A program made the translations under genes and the position numbers. 64,000 nt of DNA from the NCBI RefSeq assembly GCF_006345805.1, contig NC_042998.1:141918001-141982000 (forward strand). Reading direction: 5' to 3'. Below the pieces are notes generated by a model, which saw only the letters and a program-made list of their open reading frames with translations, was not told the DNA's origin and did no database searches. This DNA is from Octopus sinensis (Eukaryota). Positions 10,585 to 23,439 of the stretch are shown here, piece by piece (position 1 is the first letter of the stretch; each line of letters opens with the position of its first letter).

Positions 10585-11290
10585 CAATCTATATTATATT
10601 ATATTATAATAAAAGCTGCGCTTCTCTCTGTCCGTATGTCTGTGCGTCAGTCATATGCTATCCTCAGATCAACATTTATTTGGAGAAACGAAATAATAAA
10701 CAGGTGATTTTATTCAATTTATTCATCGAATTCACATATGCAACATTCATTTAATTAGCAATATATAGAATCCGAGATGTCAAAAATATATTTTATTATA
10801 AAAGGAATTTTTAATAAATGCAGCTAACTATATGATATATTATATATATATGTTTCATTAAATATGTATATTTTACAAGAATACTGAAACAAGATATCAA
10901 GAAAAGCAATTGTTGTCATATATATGATACCAAAAACCATATATATATATAAATGCACACACACATACACAATTATGCATATAGAATATATTTATTTAGA
11001 AATATTTCAAATTTCAGAATAATGTAATAAGAAAATAATCAATATTCATTTTGTTAAATTAAATGTGTGTAGAAACTTTTATTTTTATTAAACACTAATT
11101 TATTTTTTGTGAAATAAAATTAATAATAAAAACTGTATCAACTCTACGTGCAAACAGGTCATGAAAGGCAAAGAGGTTTATCTGGAATTCATAATTTTTT
11201 TTCTATTCCTAATTGCAGTATCTTGAGGCATATTTTATTCAGCGAATAACCAAACGTGAGCAACGCAAAATTTCTCGCAGATAAACGTCA
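10585..11290 (+). mobile_element. Probable old non-autonomous Helitron
   Basis: 5' TCTATATTATA..TCTGTCCGTATGTCTGTG start resembles the other Helitron 5' ends; degenerate AAACGTGAGCAACGC near 11265. Confidence 0.35.
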
Positions 11291-11700
11291 AGAATACGTC
11301 AGCACAGCAAGAAAGCAAAGAATGAACAAAACAGAAATGGTAAAATGAAAGACAAGCGAATACAATTTGACAAAGAAAAGCGCGAGAACAACTTTATGAG
11401 TGGGAGCGAGAATATATTTTGGCTCAAAATGCAATGCAACATCGACAAAACATTGAAGGTTTCTCATGAGCACCATCTTTTATCGTTTTATTTTTTTACT
11501 TGTTTCAATCATTGAACCAGGACACTGCCTTGAAAGGTTTTAGTCGAATAAATCGATCGGAGTACTTATCTTTTTAAAATCTGTATCTACCTTGCTGGTC
11601 ACTTTTGCGGACATGATTATGGAGACGTAAACAAACCAACAATAGTTGCCAAGTGGTGATGGAGAGGATAAAAACCGTCTCACACACACACACACATACG

Positions 11701-11792
<92 letters not shown>

Positions 11793-11816
11793 TGTGAATG
11801 TATATATATGTGTGCG

Positions 11817-11850
<34 letters not shown>

Positions 11851-12879
11851 CATACACGTACATACATACATACATGCATACACACACATATCGGTTGAAG
11901 AAAGTTAAAAAATTGTCCGGTTTTCACGTTTTTCATTATGGTATTTTAACATTAAAAAAATGTTTTGTAATGTTCATAAAATTCAATTAGCGCTTTCATA
12001 CGCTTGGTATTAATCGTCAGATTTCAAATGTATTTAACTAACAGTTGATTTCTTGACAATTGTAGAACCTCTTAGAACGTTCCAACAAGCTGAATTTATT
12101 GAATACGGTTTTGACCAATCCACACATAGCTTAAACGTCACGGTTTTCCAAGCATACCGATATTCTGTAATTTGTTTATATTCATTTTTGAAGATATTTT
12201 TTAATCCACATAATTAACTGGTTGTTATATTATTGTTGTTATTTCCGTTCAGAACAGGTTTGGACATTTTCATAAACCGCCTTTCTTTTATCTTTCTTCC
12301 AACCTCACTTATGTCATATAGTTTATGGAAAGGAAAAATTAGAAATATTTTCTGTCCACATATTTCTATATGTTCGCTCAATGTATAGCATGTAAGGGAC
12401 TATAGTAGAAGATACTCGTCCAAGGTGCTACCATCTAGTTGCAAAAGCAAGCTTCTTAATAACATAGCCATGCTTGCGTAGTCGTATTTTAAACCAAAAT
12501 GCTGCGCAACATAGACAAGCATGGGAATAGCTTTATGAAGAGCAGCGATAATGCATTTTAGCTCAAGATCGTTAACAGTATATATTTTCACAACAAAATA
12601 CTTTCTCAAGAACAGATTTTAGAACAAGATGTTGAGTATTGAGTAGTATCGTTGAACACACCAGTGACTCCCCCCACCAAAAAAACAAAAAACAACCCAG
12701 CTAATAGCTCAGAATAGACATATATTCGTTAAAACAGACAAAGAAGAATGCTGAATGTTGCAAAACACCATGACTCAGGCTCAGTGCTATAAGTAGCTAT
12801 CTACGTAACCCATTATAGTTGTGATTTAAAAAACGTGAGATGACACACTAATGTTTATCGGAGAGCCCCGTGGAGGAAC

Positions 12880-13100
12880 ATTCTCCTATCCTGATTTTAA
12901 TATTTTCTATAAATCTGGCTTTATCCGCTTTCCAGAAGCACAGATATAAACTACATCAATTGTTCATGATAGATTCACCAGAAACAAAACACTTCAGAAG
13001 AAGCATTTAGAGGTTCAACAGTGCTATGGCCATGTATAGTATGAAAGTAAACGATGATCCATCTACTCGAGACCTTTCTGTTTCGCTGAGTTGTTTATAG
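12880..13100 (+). pseudogene. Helitron RepHel fragment
   Basis: SPETKHFRRSI*RFNSAMAMYSMKVN resembles the HF...IR.YNSA.AFxS motif of the Helitron Rep N-terminal region. Confidence 0.5.
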
Positions 13101-14126
13101 ATGCTGCTTTAGTATGTGTCGTTATTAATGTGTAGCCGTTATATAAAATACATTATGCTTAATATAAACTTTACATTTTTTAATAAGCACTTCTATTCAA
13201 CTTTCGGTAGCCGGGGGTGTTTGTCACCGAGGAAAGGTGATGAGATCGAAACAGTAGTGTCTGACAATCACTCAACGACATTCTGATTGACTACTATATT
13301 TTTTAACGTACATGTCTCTTTGAGAAGTTTCTCTAAGAAAGTATAACAACTAGTGTCGTTATACGTTCGTATATACATTATAAATGTTATACACATCGGT
13401 AATTTAATCTGTATTTCAAGTGTGTATATAGACTTTTCAGTTAATTTTCTTTACAATTAAATTAGAATGGAACTTTAAGCTCCACATTGATACTCACATA
13501 AGTTTCGAAAGGATTGTCTGTGTATAATAAAAAAAAAAAAAACATGAAATCCTCTTCAAGTTGAAATTGCTTGTTTGCTTAACGTTATTGAAACTGGAGA
13601 TAAACATTGGCTCACTGAACATAAAAGGACATACTGTTCAAACAAGACAATAAAAATGGGTTCTTTTAAAAATGTATTGATGATATTTTATTTGTTAAGA
13701 AACGATACAGTCGGCTAAGTTATTTTCTCAGCGTATTACTGGTACTTTATATGTTCGCTGGTGAATAGCTTTTGTCAGCCTTTTTCTTGTAACATCATGA
13801 AAACAGTCGTTTCTAAGAACGGGTCACGCTGATCGGAATCTTCTTCAAAATACATTATACCATAACACATTCCATCCGTTTCCTTATTCACTGAAATCAT
13901 CAATACCACCACCACCACCACCACACCACCACCACCAATAACAACATCATCACCAGCAGCAGTAGCAGCAGCAGCAGCAGGAAACAATAGCAAGACCGTT
14001 GCCGTCATAATGATCTTTCAGCTATTACCAATGATAAGTCGAACCACTCAACTTTAATTAAAAATTAATAGAATTAGGTTAATACATTAACTAAAAACAA
14101 ACTCTCTCATTCTCTTCTCTTCACTT

Positions 14127-14169
<43 letters not shown>

Positions 14170-14866
14170 CTCTTACCCTTTGTTTCCCTGTCTATCTACC
14201 ACTCTATCATCTCCCTCCCTCTTTAGCCATATAAATATATATGTATATATATATATATATATATTAATATACAGAGAAAGAGAGACAGATAGACAGACAG
14301 AGAGAAAGAAAGAAAGAAAGAAAGAAAAAAGAGAGAGTTATAGACACATTGCCTTCCCCGCTCATTTGTCCTTACTGTCTTTTAAGAAACTCTACATTAC
14401 AGTTTCCTCTCTATTATTTTAAAGTATCTATTCTTGTTTCTCCTTTTCATTTTACACAGTTTTTTTTTTCATTCTACCCCCCTCCCCAGCACACCTCCAC
14501 TACTACTTTATCGTCTTAATCTCATTCAGTTTCTATCTTTCATACTTACTGATATTTTTCCTTCATTTTTTTCATTCTTCCATTTTGTTTATTCATTCAT
14601 TTTTCTTTCCCTTGATATTTTCTTGTCGTCCAGTTTTCTTCTTACGGTTTTCTTTGTTTAGTTTTCTTTCTTTCATTAAACGATATTTCCCGTCGATTCT
14701 TTATCTTTCACTTAATTTCAATACTTTTTCTATTTATTTTGTTATACGTTCTGTTGTTACTCTAATTGTGTATATATCTCTATACACAAACGTATAATGA
14801 GAGCGAGAGAAGCAACGTAACATATGAACATCATGTACATTTCTGTACTCACATGCTTCAGATACA

Positions 14867-14930
14867 ACAGAATACTGAACTATAGCAGATATATTATATT
14901 TAATATATTTACTATAGTTCAGTATTCTGT
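14867..14930. other. 64-nt hairpin (19-bp perfect outer stem plus 8-bp inner stem)
   Basis: ACAGAATACTGAACTATAG / CTATAGTTCAGTATTCTGT; inner ATATATTA / TAATATAT. Confidence 0.85.
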
Positions 14931-16796
14931 ATTATATCTGATATATTTACTGTAATCTATAATGCATATTATGAAAACTGAATGAGGCATTGCCGACTTC
15001 ATGTCAGGTTTACTCGATACAAGAGTTACATTTAGTCGTTTGTGAATAACTTCAAAATTCCGGTACTGTTACAAATCTCGTGTAAGCTTGCAATTTCTCT
15101 TGCGTACCTCCAGGGGTACGTGTACCTCAGTTTGAAAACTCTTGTATCATCATATTATCATTTGTACCGATTTGAAGTGAAAGGTTACATAACAATAAGT
15201 TTGTACGAGAGCCTACAAATGCTGGGGCTCTGCAATAAAGAAGAAAGTAAACTGATTCAGATCCTTTAAATGCAACTTATTCTGGCACAGTAAAAATTTG
15301 TAAAGCATTCCATGGATTTTCCATTTGAGAGAATGTAACTGTGCCTATATTTCTGAATTGATTACATGCTCACAATGACATACACAACAAAAACATATAT
15401 AAAGCAAGCACAGGCATTACATGAATCTATGGCATGCACACATTCATTCACATTTTCAGAGAAACGATCTATCTTAAATTAAACAAAGGCTTTGTCACTT
15501 TCTTAGTGCTCGGCTTGAATTCTGTACTGGAAAAAAATGCAAAAGAGGTATGTTTGTATGTATGCATGTATGCATTATATGTACATATAAATATATATAG
15601 ATATGCACTCACACGCACACACATACATACACACACACACACTCAAATTTCAGGACTCGATAGAATCTGGTACTTAAATAATGAAAGCGCCAAGATAGGG
15701 ACGGTGATAGCGCGAATGTGTACAAACAATGTACAACGGCATATACGTACTCACGAAAGTAAACAAGGATTTGTTCTCCAGTTATGCATATATTCACAAA
15801 TAGCCGACTGAATACACGACGAGTCCTCGAGGTCATACATGGGTACACTCACTGCACCTATTGCAGTCTATAGACTTCAGATCCAAACGAATTGCAGGTT
15901 CTAAGTTAGGTGAAGGATAAACGATAGCAACAGAAGTAGTGGTGGTAGTGGTGGTGGTGGTGGTGGTGGTAGTGTTGGTAGTAGCAGTGGTAGTAGTGTT
16001 GGTGGTAATGACGGCGGCAGCGGTAACGGTATTGCTGGTGGAAAGAAGAAATGTAAGAAATTCAAAACGTTACCAGTAATAACGACAACCACAACGACGT
16101 TAACAACTATAAACATGCACACGCACACACACACACATTATTGAAAATCACGCTGTAGCAGGGCCTTAGCCGTTATAGCTAAAATAAACAAAACTAATCC
16201 GTCAAGAACTCAGAAACGCACACATACACACACACGTACATACACCAATCGTAAAATACAGACGTTCGATCATTGTCTGACATCCAGTCGAATCAGCTGT
16301 GACGCTGCAGTTACTTTTTTGTGGATAGGGGAGTGGAGAAATAAACACAATAAATAAAAGATAACTCAAAGCAAAAATAATGATTTTAACTCTTAAAAAA
16401 TTATTGAAGATTTGTCAAATTAAAAGTCCAATTCTATAATTAGTTCCTTACTTTTTTTTAAATGAATGTAAACAATGTTAGTACGATCTATGTGATATCG
16501 TGGGTTTCAAAAAGGCTGACCGATATAGACTAGTGTGAGAACTATAAGTATTCTCTCATAAATGCAAAGACATTTACTTTTTGATTCGCAAAAATACGAT
16601 GGTTTTAGTTGTGATTTTCTTAAATGTTAAATAGACAGAAAAAAGGTGTTTTTTTTTCGTGGAATAAAGTGAGAATGGCTATAAATAACGATACCAAACT
16701 AGGTGAACAAAACTAAAAATGTCGAAACAAAATACAAAAATTGTTTAAAGAAGAATGCAGTATAGCTCCACTTTATTTATTATTATTATTATTATT

Positions 16797-17337
16797 GATT
16801 GAGTGAGCAATGCATGCCATCAAAGTGACACAGGTAAAATATACGAAGCCCAGTATACTCCTCATGACTACTTGTCTGATAAGGGTACAGCAAGCACATG
16901 CATCAGAACCATACGTGCGCGACATGGTGATCTCATTTCAAGATAAACAGAACATGACCTTGTAAGTGGGGCCCAGTTAGAATTTTCTTCAGATCGAGTA
17001 GCCCATCCCACTCAAAAGGCACCTGAATAAGGGTTGTTTAAGGATGATGAACAAAACACCCATGTTTCCAAAGGTGAATTATCCAAACCCCAAAGAATTC
17101 CTCTCAACATATGGCTATGATGCTTCCCCACTACTTCTGCTCGTGAGCAGAGATGCATATATCATCAGCCACTAAGGTACATGCTCAACTGGTTAAGGTA
17201 AAACAACTGACAAGTAAATCAGTAGAATATTTGCTGTAGCCCATCTTTTATACCAAAACAAAGCAATGTGCATCTTAACACTTCCCGTCAGTTAAGATCA
17301 GAAGCCATGAGAGCAACTGTCTGGTACTGCGTCAGGG

Positions 17338-17338
<1 letters not shown>
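16797..17338 (-). mobile_element. ~540-bp non-coding element flanked by (TAA)n on both sides (element X)
   Basis: Starts GCCCTGACGCAGTACCAG right after (TAA)n and ends GGCATGCATTGCTCACTCAATC before (AAT)n. Homologous copies at 31725-32104 and 53618-53740. Confidence 0.75.
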
Positions 17339-17399
<61 letters not shown>

Positions 17400-17401
<2 letters not shown>

Positions 17402-18500
17402 TAGTTTTATTTTTATAGCGTGCTTTCACTTCACTATCGAGCGCAGCTCTGTGTGCCTTGGGTATGTGCTGTGATTTGTTGTGATGCTCTGATGGTTATT
17501 GTATGGAAAGTGTTCTGCGTAGGATCTGTGCAGTGCCCAGTAGTGCAATTTTCTGTATGTTATATGTGTTTGTAAGTCCTGGTGTTTTTGTTATGTATTT
17601 GTCTGAATATTTTTTTATCATGCCTAATGCACCTACTATGATAGGAATTGTTTCTGTTTTTAGATTCCACATTCTGGTTACCTCTATTTCCAGATCTTTG
17701 TATTTTGAAAGTTTCTCCATTTCTTTTAGAGACACGTTGTCATCTGCCGGTATTGATACATCAGTTAGAAAGCATTTTTTTCTTCATGATCTCTGACAAC
17801 TATATCTGGTCTGTTAGCCTTAATTTCTCTATCTGTGTGTATCGGCATATCCCAGAGTATGCTTGCTTTCTCGTTTTCTGTGACCTTTTCTGGTGTGTGC
17901 CTATACCATCTTTTTTCTGTTATTATTCCATAATATTGACATAGCTTCCAGTGTATGTAGGTTCCAACTCTATCATGTCTGTGAATATATTCCTTCTTAG
18001 CCAGGACTGGGCAGCCAGAGATAATATGATTTATTGTTTCTTGTCCATCTCCACATATTCTGAAGTTACTTGTTATATTTCTTTTCATTACATGTTTTTG
18101 GTAATTTCTGGTGGGGAGGCTTTGGTCTTGTGCTGCAATTAAAAATCCCTCTGCCTCTGCTTTGAGTCCTGAGCTTCTCAACCATTGCTGGGATTTTTCT
18201 TTGTCTATTTCTTCTGCATTTAGTTTAGTCCAGTATTTGCCATGAAGGGGCTTTTCTTACCATCGTTTTATCATGGTTCGTTGCTGTTCTAGTTTTAGTT
18301 TGTATTTCATTTGTTTTATAGCTTTTGTTGTTTCTTCATCATCTACTTCCTCTTCATATTTGTTAGGTGGTATGATTTCTTGTTTGTATTTGTCAGCCTC
18401 CTTAAATACCGAGAACAGTTTTTTGTTTTGCTCGTGTTTTGCCGCTATTTGTATCAGTTTTCCTTCCTTCTGAAGTAGATATTTTTGTAGTCCTATGGTG
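17400..18500 (-). mobile_element. R4/Dong-type non-LTR retrotransposon, 3' fragment (CCHC plus restriction-like endonuclease)
   Basis: LKAEAEGFLIAAQDQSLPTRNY, RICGDGQETINHIISGC, RHDRVGTYIHW, NRPDIV, EKLSKYKDLEIE, IVGALG; ends in (TAA)n at 17340-17399. Confidence 0.9.
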
Positions 18501-18576
18501 GTTATTTTATAGTAGTTTTCCAGCTGTATAATATACACATACATACATACATACATACATACATACATACATAATA

Positions 18577-18631
<55 letters not shown>

Positions 18632-18674
18632 ATTATATATATATATATATATATAATATAGCTCCACTATATAT

Positions 18675-18872
18675 ATAGTGACATTTTTACCTTCAACGTC
18701 TGGCTTAGAATAATGTTCATACCAGTAAGCGGGAGTCCCGATTTTGTAGTGTTTACATATTTTCCAATGTAAATATTGTCCTACTCTATCGTGGCGATTT
18801 TTGTATTCGTTTGGTGTTAGCACAGGACATCCAGAGATATGGTCTATTGCTTCGTCAAATGTGTCGCAGAAT
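18675..18872 (-). repeat. ~200-bp near-identical duplicate of 21261-21461 (Dong fragment)
   Basis: Direct repeat with only a few differences by eye; the two copies flank the 505-bp array. Confidence 0.9.
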
Positions 18873-18886
18873 ATATGTATATATAT

Positions 18887-20836
18887 ATAATTAATCAATA
18901 TAGGGTGCCAAAAAATTTTGTACAATTTTTTTTTTTTTTTTTTTTTTGCCACCAGCGGCCTAGTGGGAAAAAAATTAAATAGTCATAGACCATTTTTAAG
19001 TTCAACATCAACAATCAAGGAACGGCCATAATAGGCCATTCACCCACTAGAAATAACAGCCAAAGCTTCAACCGCAAATAAAAAACAATTCCGTAAACCA
19101 GGAGAAAATTTTAAAATCATTTACCCTGTAATTTCTTATACGATGCACCGTTTCATCTGCTGTTTAATGGTAAACTAACCTGATTAAATTAAATCAAGCC
19201 AATCTTCCATAGGCCCTCAGATTCTTCAGTAAGAAATAGTCAAGTCGGAACAGATATTTTCACGAGGCATTTCCGACCCTGCCAAGGCAATATCTGACCA
19301 AAAATTTTCAAATCATCGCACTCGCGCCAAATTTATCAGCAGCAAATAAATATAAGCCGTCGATTCCATTACGGAATTAACCACAAAATTCATAATTAAT
19401 CAATATAGGGTGGCAAAAAATTTTGTAGAATTTTTTTTTTTTTTTTTTTTTTTTTTTGCCACCAGCGGCCTAGGGGAAAAATTAAATAGTCATAGACCAT
19501 TTTTAAGTTCAACATCAACAATCAAGGAACGGCCATAATAGGCCATTCACCCACTAGAAATAACAGCCAAAGCTTCAACCGCAAATAAAAAATCAATTCC
19601 GTAAACCAGGAGAAAATTTAAAAAAATTAAAAAACATTTACCCTGTAATTTCTTATACGATGCACCGTTTCATCTGCTGTTTAATGGTAAACTAACCTGA
19701 TTAAATTAAATCAAGCCAATCTTCCATAGGCCCTCAGATTCTTCAGTAAGAAATAGCCAAGTCGGAACAGATATTTTCACGAGGCATTTCCGACCCTATT
19801 ACGGCCGTTCCTTGATTGTTGATGTTGAACTTAAAAATGGTCTATGACTATTTAATTTTTTCCCACTAGGCCGCTGGTGGCAAAAAAAAAAAAAAAAAAA
19901 ATTCTACAAAATTTTTTGCCACCCTATATTGATTAATTATGAATTTTGTGGTTAATTCCGTAATGGAATCGACGGCTTATATTTATTTGCTGCCGATAAA
20001 TTTGGCGCGAGTGCGATGATTTGAAAATTTTAGGTCAGATATTGCCTTGGCAGGGTCGGAAATGCCTCGTGAAAATATCTGTTCCGACTTGGCTATTTCT
20101 TACTGAAGAATCTGAGGGCCTATGGAAGATTGGCTTGATTTATTTAACAGGTCATGTTAGTTTACCATTAAACAGCAGATGAAACGGTGCATCGTATAAG
20201 AAATTACAGGGTAAATTTTTTTAAATTTTCTCCTGGTTTACGGAATTGATTTTTATTTGCGGTTGAAGCTTTGGCTGTTATTTCTAGTGGGTGAATGGCC
20301 TATTATGGCCGTTCCTTGATTGTTGATGTTGAACTTAAAAATGGTCTATGACTATTTAATTTTTTCCCACTAGGCCGCTGGTGGCAAAAAAAAAAAAAAA
20401 AAAAAAAAAAAATTCTACAAAATTTTTTGCCACCCTATATTGATTAATTATGAATTTTGTGGTTAATTCGTAATGGAATCGACGGCTTATATTTATTTGC
20501 TGCCGATAAATTTGGCGCGAGTGCGATGATTTGAAAATTTTAGGTCAGATATTGCCTTGGCAGGGTCGGAAATGCCTCGTGAAAATATCTGTTCCGACTT
20601 GGCTATTTCTTACTGAAGAATCTGAGGGCCTATGGAAGATTGGCTTGATTTAATTTAATCAGGTTAGTTTACCTAAACAGCAGATGAAACGGTGCATCGT
20701 ATAAGAAATTACAGGGTAAATGTTTTTTAAATTTTCTCCTGGTTACGGAATTGATTTTTATTTGCGGTTGAAGCTTTGGCTGTTATTTCTAGTGGGTGAA
20801 TGGCCTATTATGGCCGTTCCTTGATTGTTGATGTTG
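18887..20836. repeat. Concatemer of a 505-bp unit with central inversion (+,+ then -,-,-)
   Basis: Units at 18887-19391 (+), 19392-19797 (+, partial), 19798-19940 (-, partial), 19941-20451 (-) and 20452-20836 (-, partial). Each complete junction has GGTGGCAAAAAA..TTTTTTGCCACC with a 20-27-nt T/A tract. Confidence 0.92.
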
Positions 20837-20879
<43 letters not shown>

Positions 20880-20939
20880 ATAATATATATATAATATATA
20901 TTATATATATATATATACACACATTATATATATATACAT

Positions 20940-21110
20940 ATATACGACGGGCTTCTTTCAGTTCCGCCTACCAAATCCACTCACAAGGCTTTGGTCGGCC
21001 CGAGGCCATAGGTGAAGACACTTGCCCAAGGTGCCACGCAGTGGGACTGAACACGGAACCATGTGATTGGTAAGCAAGCTACTTACCACACAGCCACTCC
21101 TACGCCTTAT
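20940..21110 (-). mobile_element. SINE family A, 5' part
   Basis: Matches the head of 4341-4732. Confidence 0.8.
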
Positions 21111-21119
21111 GTTTACTTA

Positions 21120-22190
21120 ATTTCCTTTACATATATATTTTTATCTGTAGGAACACTTACATCTATTAGTCTACAAATATTTTCTTCCCTGTCTTTGATA
21201 ATTATGTCTAGTATATTAGTCTAGATCGTTCTGACAGTGTTGACTGGAAAATCTCAGAGGATAGTGACATTTTTACCTTCAACGTCTGGCTTAGAATAAT
21301 GTTCATACCAGTAAGCGGGAGTCCCGATTTTGTAGTGTTTACATATTTTCCAATGTAAATATTGTCCTACTCTATCGTGGCGATTTTTGTATTCGTTTGG
21401 TGTTAGCACAGGACATCCAGAGATGAGATGGTCTACTGCTTCGTCACATGTGTCGCAGAATCTGCATTTAGTGTAAGAACTGTTTTGAAGAACGTTAGAT
21501 TGGTAGTTCTAGCAAGCAAACTTTGATCTTGTGCCACCAATATGAAACCTTCAGGCTCTGCTTTCAGTTCTGAACTTCACAGGCACTGATGGTTTGCTGC
21601 TTGGTCTACATCAGCATTTCGACTTCGAAGAATGAACTGTCCATGCCGGGACTTCTGGCTCCACAGCTTGTAGGTGGTGTTGAGACATGTTATTGGTCGG
21701 TAGTTCTTTGGATCTTTTGTATCTTCAGCTTTTGGTGGAAGGTATGTTGTTCCTTCAGTAAACCAGGCAGGTATTTGCTCTGGGTTCTGGATGACATCAG
21801 TTAGAGATGCAGCGACATTTTGGTGTACTTCTATCAAATTATTCAGCCAAAAGTTAGGGATTTTCATTTATGAGACTTTCTAAGAACACCTTAGCTCTTC
21901 TGTTTCTATTGCCTCTATTTCTGCTCTTCAACTTCATCTATTTTCTCACGCTCTATCCAGTCAGCTTCAGCATTACATTCTTTTTGTTATCCATATCTTC
22001 TACCAAAACTCTTTCATTTCTTCAGTCTTAGGTGGCTCATTTACTTCTATCTTACTTTTACCAATTTCCCCATAAAATTTCTTTGCATCCATCTTGAATA
22101 CCTTGATAAAATTTGATTCTTTTCTCATGCCTTCTAAGCCGTTGGGCTTTCAGCCGCATTCGGTGCTTCAAAAGTTCCTCATTATTATTA
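21120..22190 (-). mobile_element. R4/Dong-type LINE, internally deleted (RT start joined to CCHC/REL)
   Basis: KIPNFWLN, WFTEGTTYLPPK..DPKNYRPITCLNTTYKL, then DRVGQYLHWKICKHYKI and CRLIDVSVPTDKN. (ATT)n lies at the 5' truncation point. Confidence 0.85.
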
Positions 22191-22211
22191 TTATCATTAT
22201 TATTATTATGA

Positions 22212-22815
22212 GGGGAAATTCTAGGCGACGACAGGGATGAACCTGCTGGTTTGTTGAGGTGGATGTTCGGGCTGGGGACTACCACGAACAACTCCCAGAA
22301 ATGTCCGTGATTGCTACTGAGGGGCACTGCCGGTTCGAGCCAAACTGTACAGACACGGAAGACGGGACTGCCTGATATACATGCAGAGCGACGAAACCGT
22401 ATTACACGCACTCGTTCGAGCATTGCTGACTTAATGTTGAATAGCTGTTGTCGCATGTAAGATGAATCAAATGATCGATCGAATTCATCAAGAGGATCGC
22501 CCCACCACCTGCTTTAACAAGGTGGGGTATGCGATGTTCCTCTGTCTATGTGGCTACAGCAAAACAGTTATGTGGTGGACGAAGCTGAAATGATTAAAAA
22601 CAGACACCTTCCTACACGGTCAAGCCCTCATCGACGTTTTTGAGTTCCATTTGGAAAGGAAAATGAGTGAGGAGAGGGAAATGCTCTTACTCAGTGAAAT
22701 TTGTTAATAGGTGGATAGACCTGTTCTATGTGTGCACCTACAGATTGGAGAACAGTTGTTGGGCAAGGGCATGTGCTCTTGGTGGTCAAGGAGATCTGTG
22801 GTCCTGATTGACCCT
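22212..22815 (+). pseudogene. L1/Tx1-type LINE ORF2 C-terminal fragment (zf-RVT-like)
   Basis: Degenerate CY*GALPVRAKLYRHG..QSDETVLHALV, followed by FLCL..VMWWTKLK..HGQALIDVFEFHLERK. Confidence 0.55.
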
Positions 22816-23439
22816 AGATGGCGAATCTCTTCTATAACGAGGATTGCGTTATAGATATATTTCTATACTGTATATACTTTTATCGTATTCCCCTACCTCA
22901 TATTCTCCCTTTCTTCCCCTCATCTTTTTATATAAAACCTCACACTATTATAAACTGTCCTCATCTGATGCCCTTGTGGCGAATAAAAGAAATCCTCCTC
23001 CCACTCATCATCATCAACATCGTCGTCATCATCACCATCATCATTAAGATCATTAACATTATTAACATCATTAACATCATATAAAATATTCTTAAATTAA
23101 ATTTTTCATTTTAACACAAAAACATATTTATTAACAGCAAATCAACAACAAAAACAACAACAAAAACACTAACAACAGCAACAACAAAATACAAACATTA
23201 AATAACAAAAATAAAAAGCATCTTTCATGATAGCGTAATTGCTTGTTTATTTCTTTCTTTATTTGCTTCGCTTGTTTTTTTTACACACTATTTTTTTGTT
23301 TTTAGTTATTAGATTTTAAATAGCATTTTAAATTAAATTAAGAAGCGATTTTATTGGCAACTGAAAGCTTTTTAAATTAGCAATAGTGACCAGGTTATCT
23401 ACTTTTCATCAAATACTCGTTTTACGTTCAAGAACGGAT

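Noticed and set aside
15090-15150. hAT-like terminus CAGGGGTACGTGTACCTCAGTTTGAAAAC
   Set aside because: No partner terminus or TSD found, so it was not called as a feature.
18887-19391. 505-bp unit as a protein-coding gene, mitochondrial insertion or PacBio adapter read-through
   Set aside because: No substantial ORF, no mitochondrial gene motif that I recognise, and no SMRTbell adapter sequence at the turn. A non-host origin is still not excluded.
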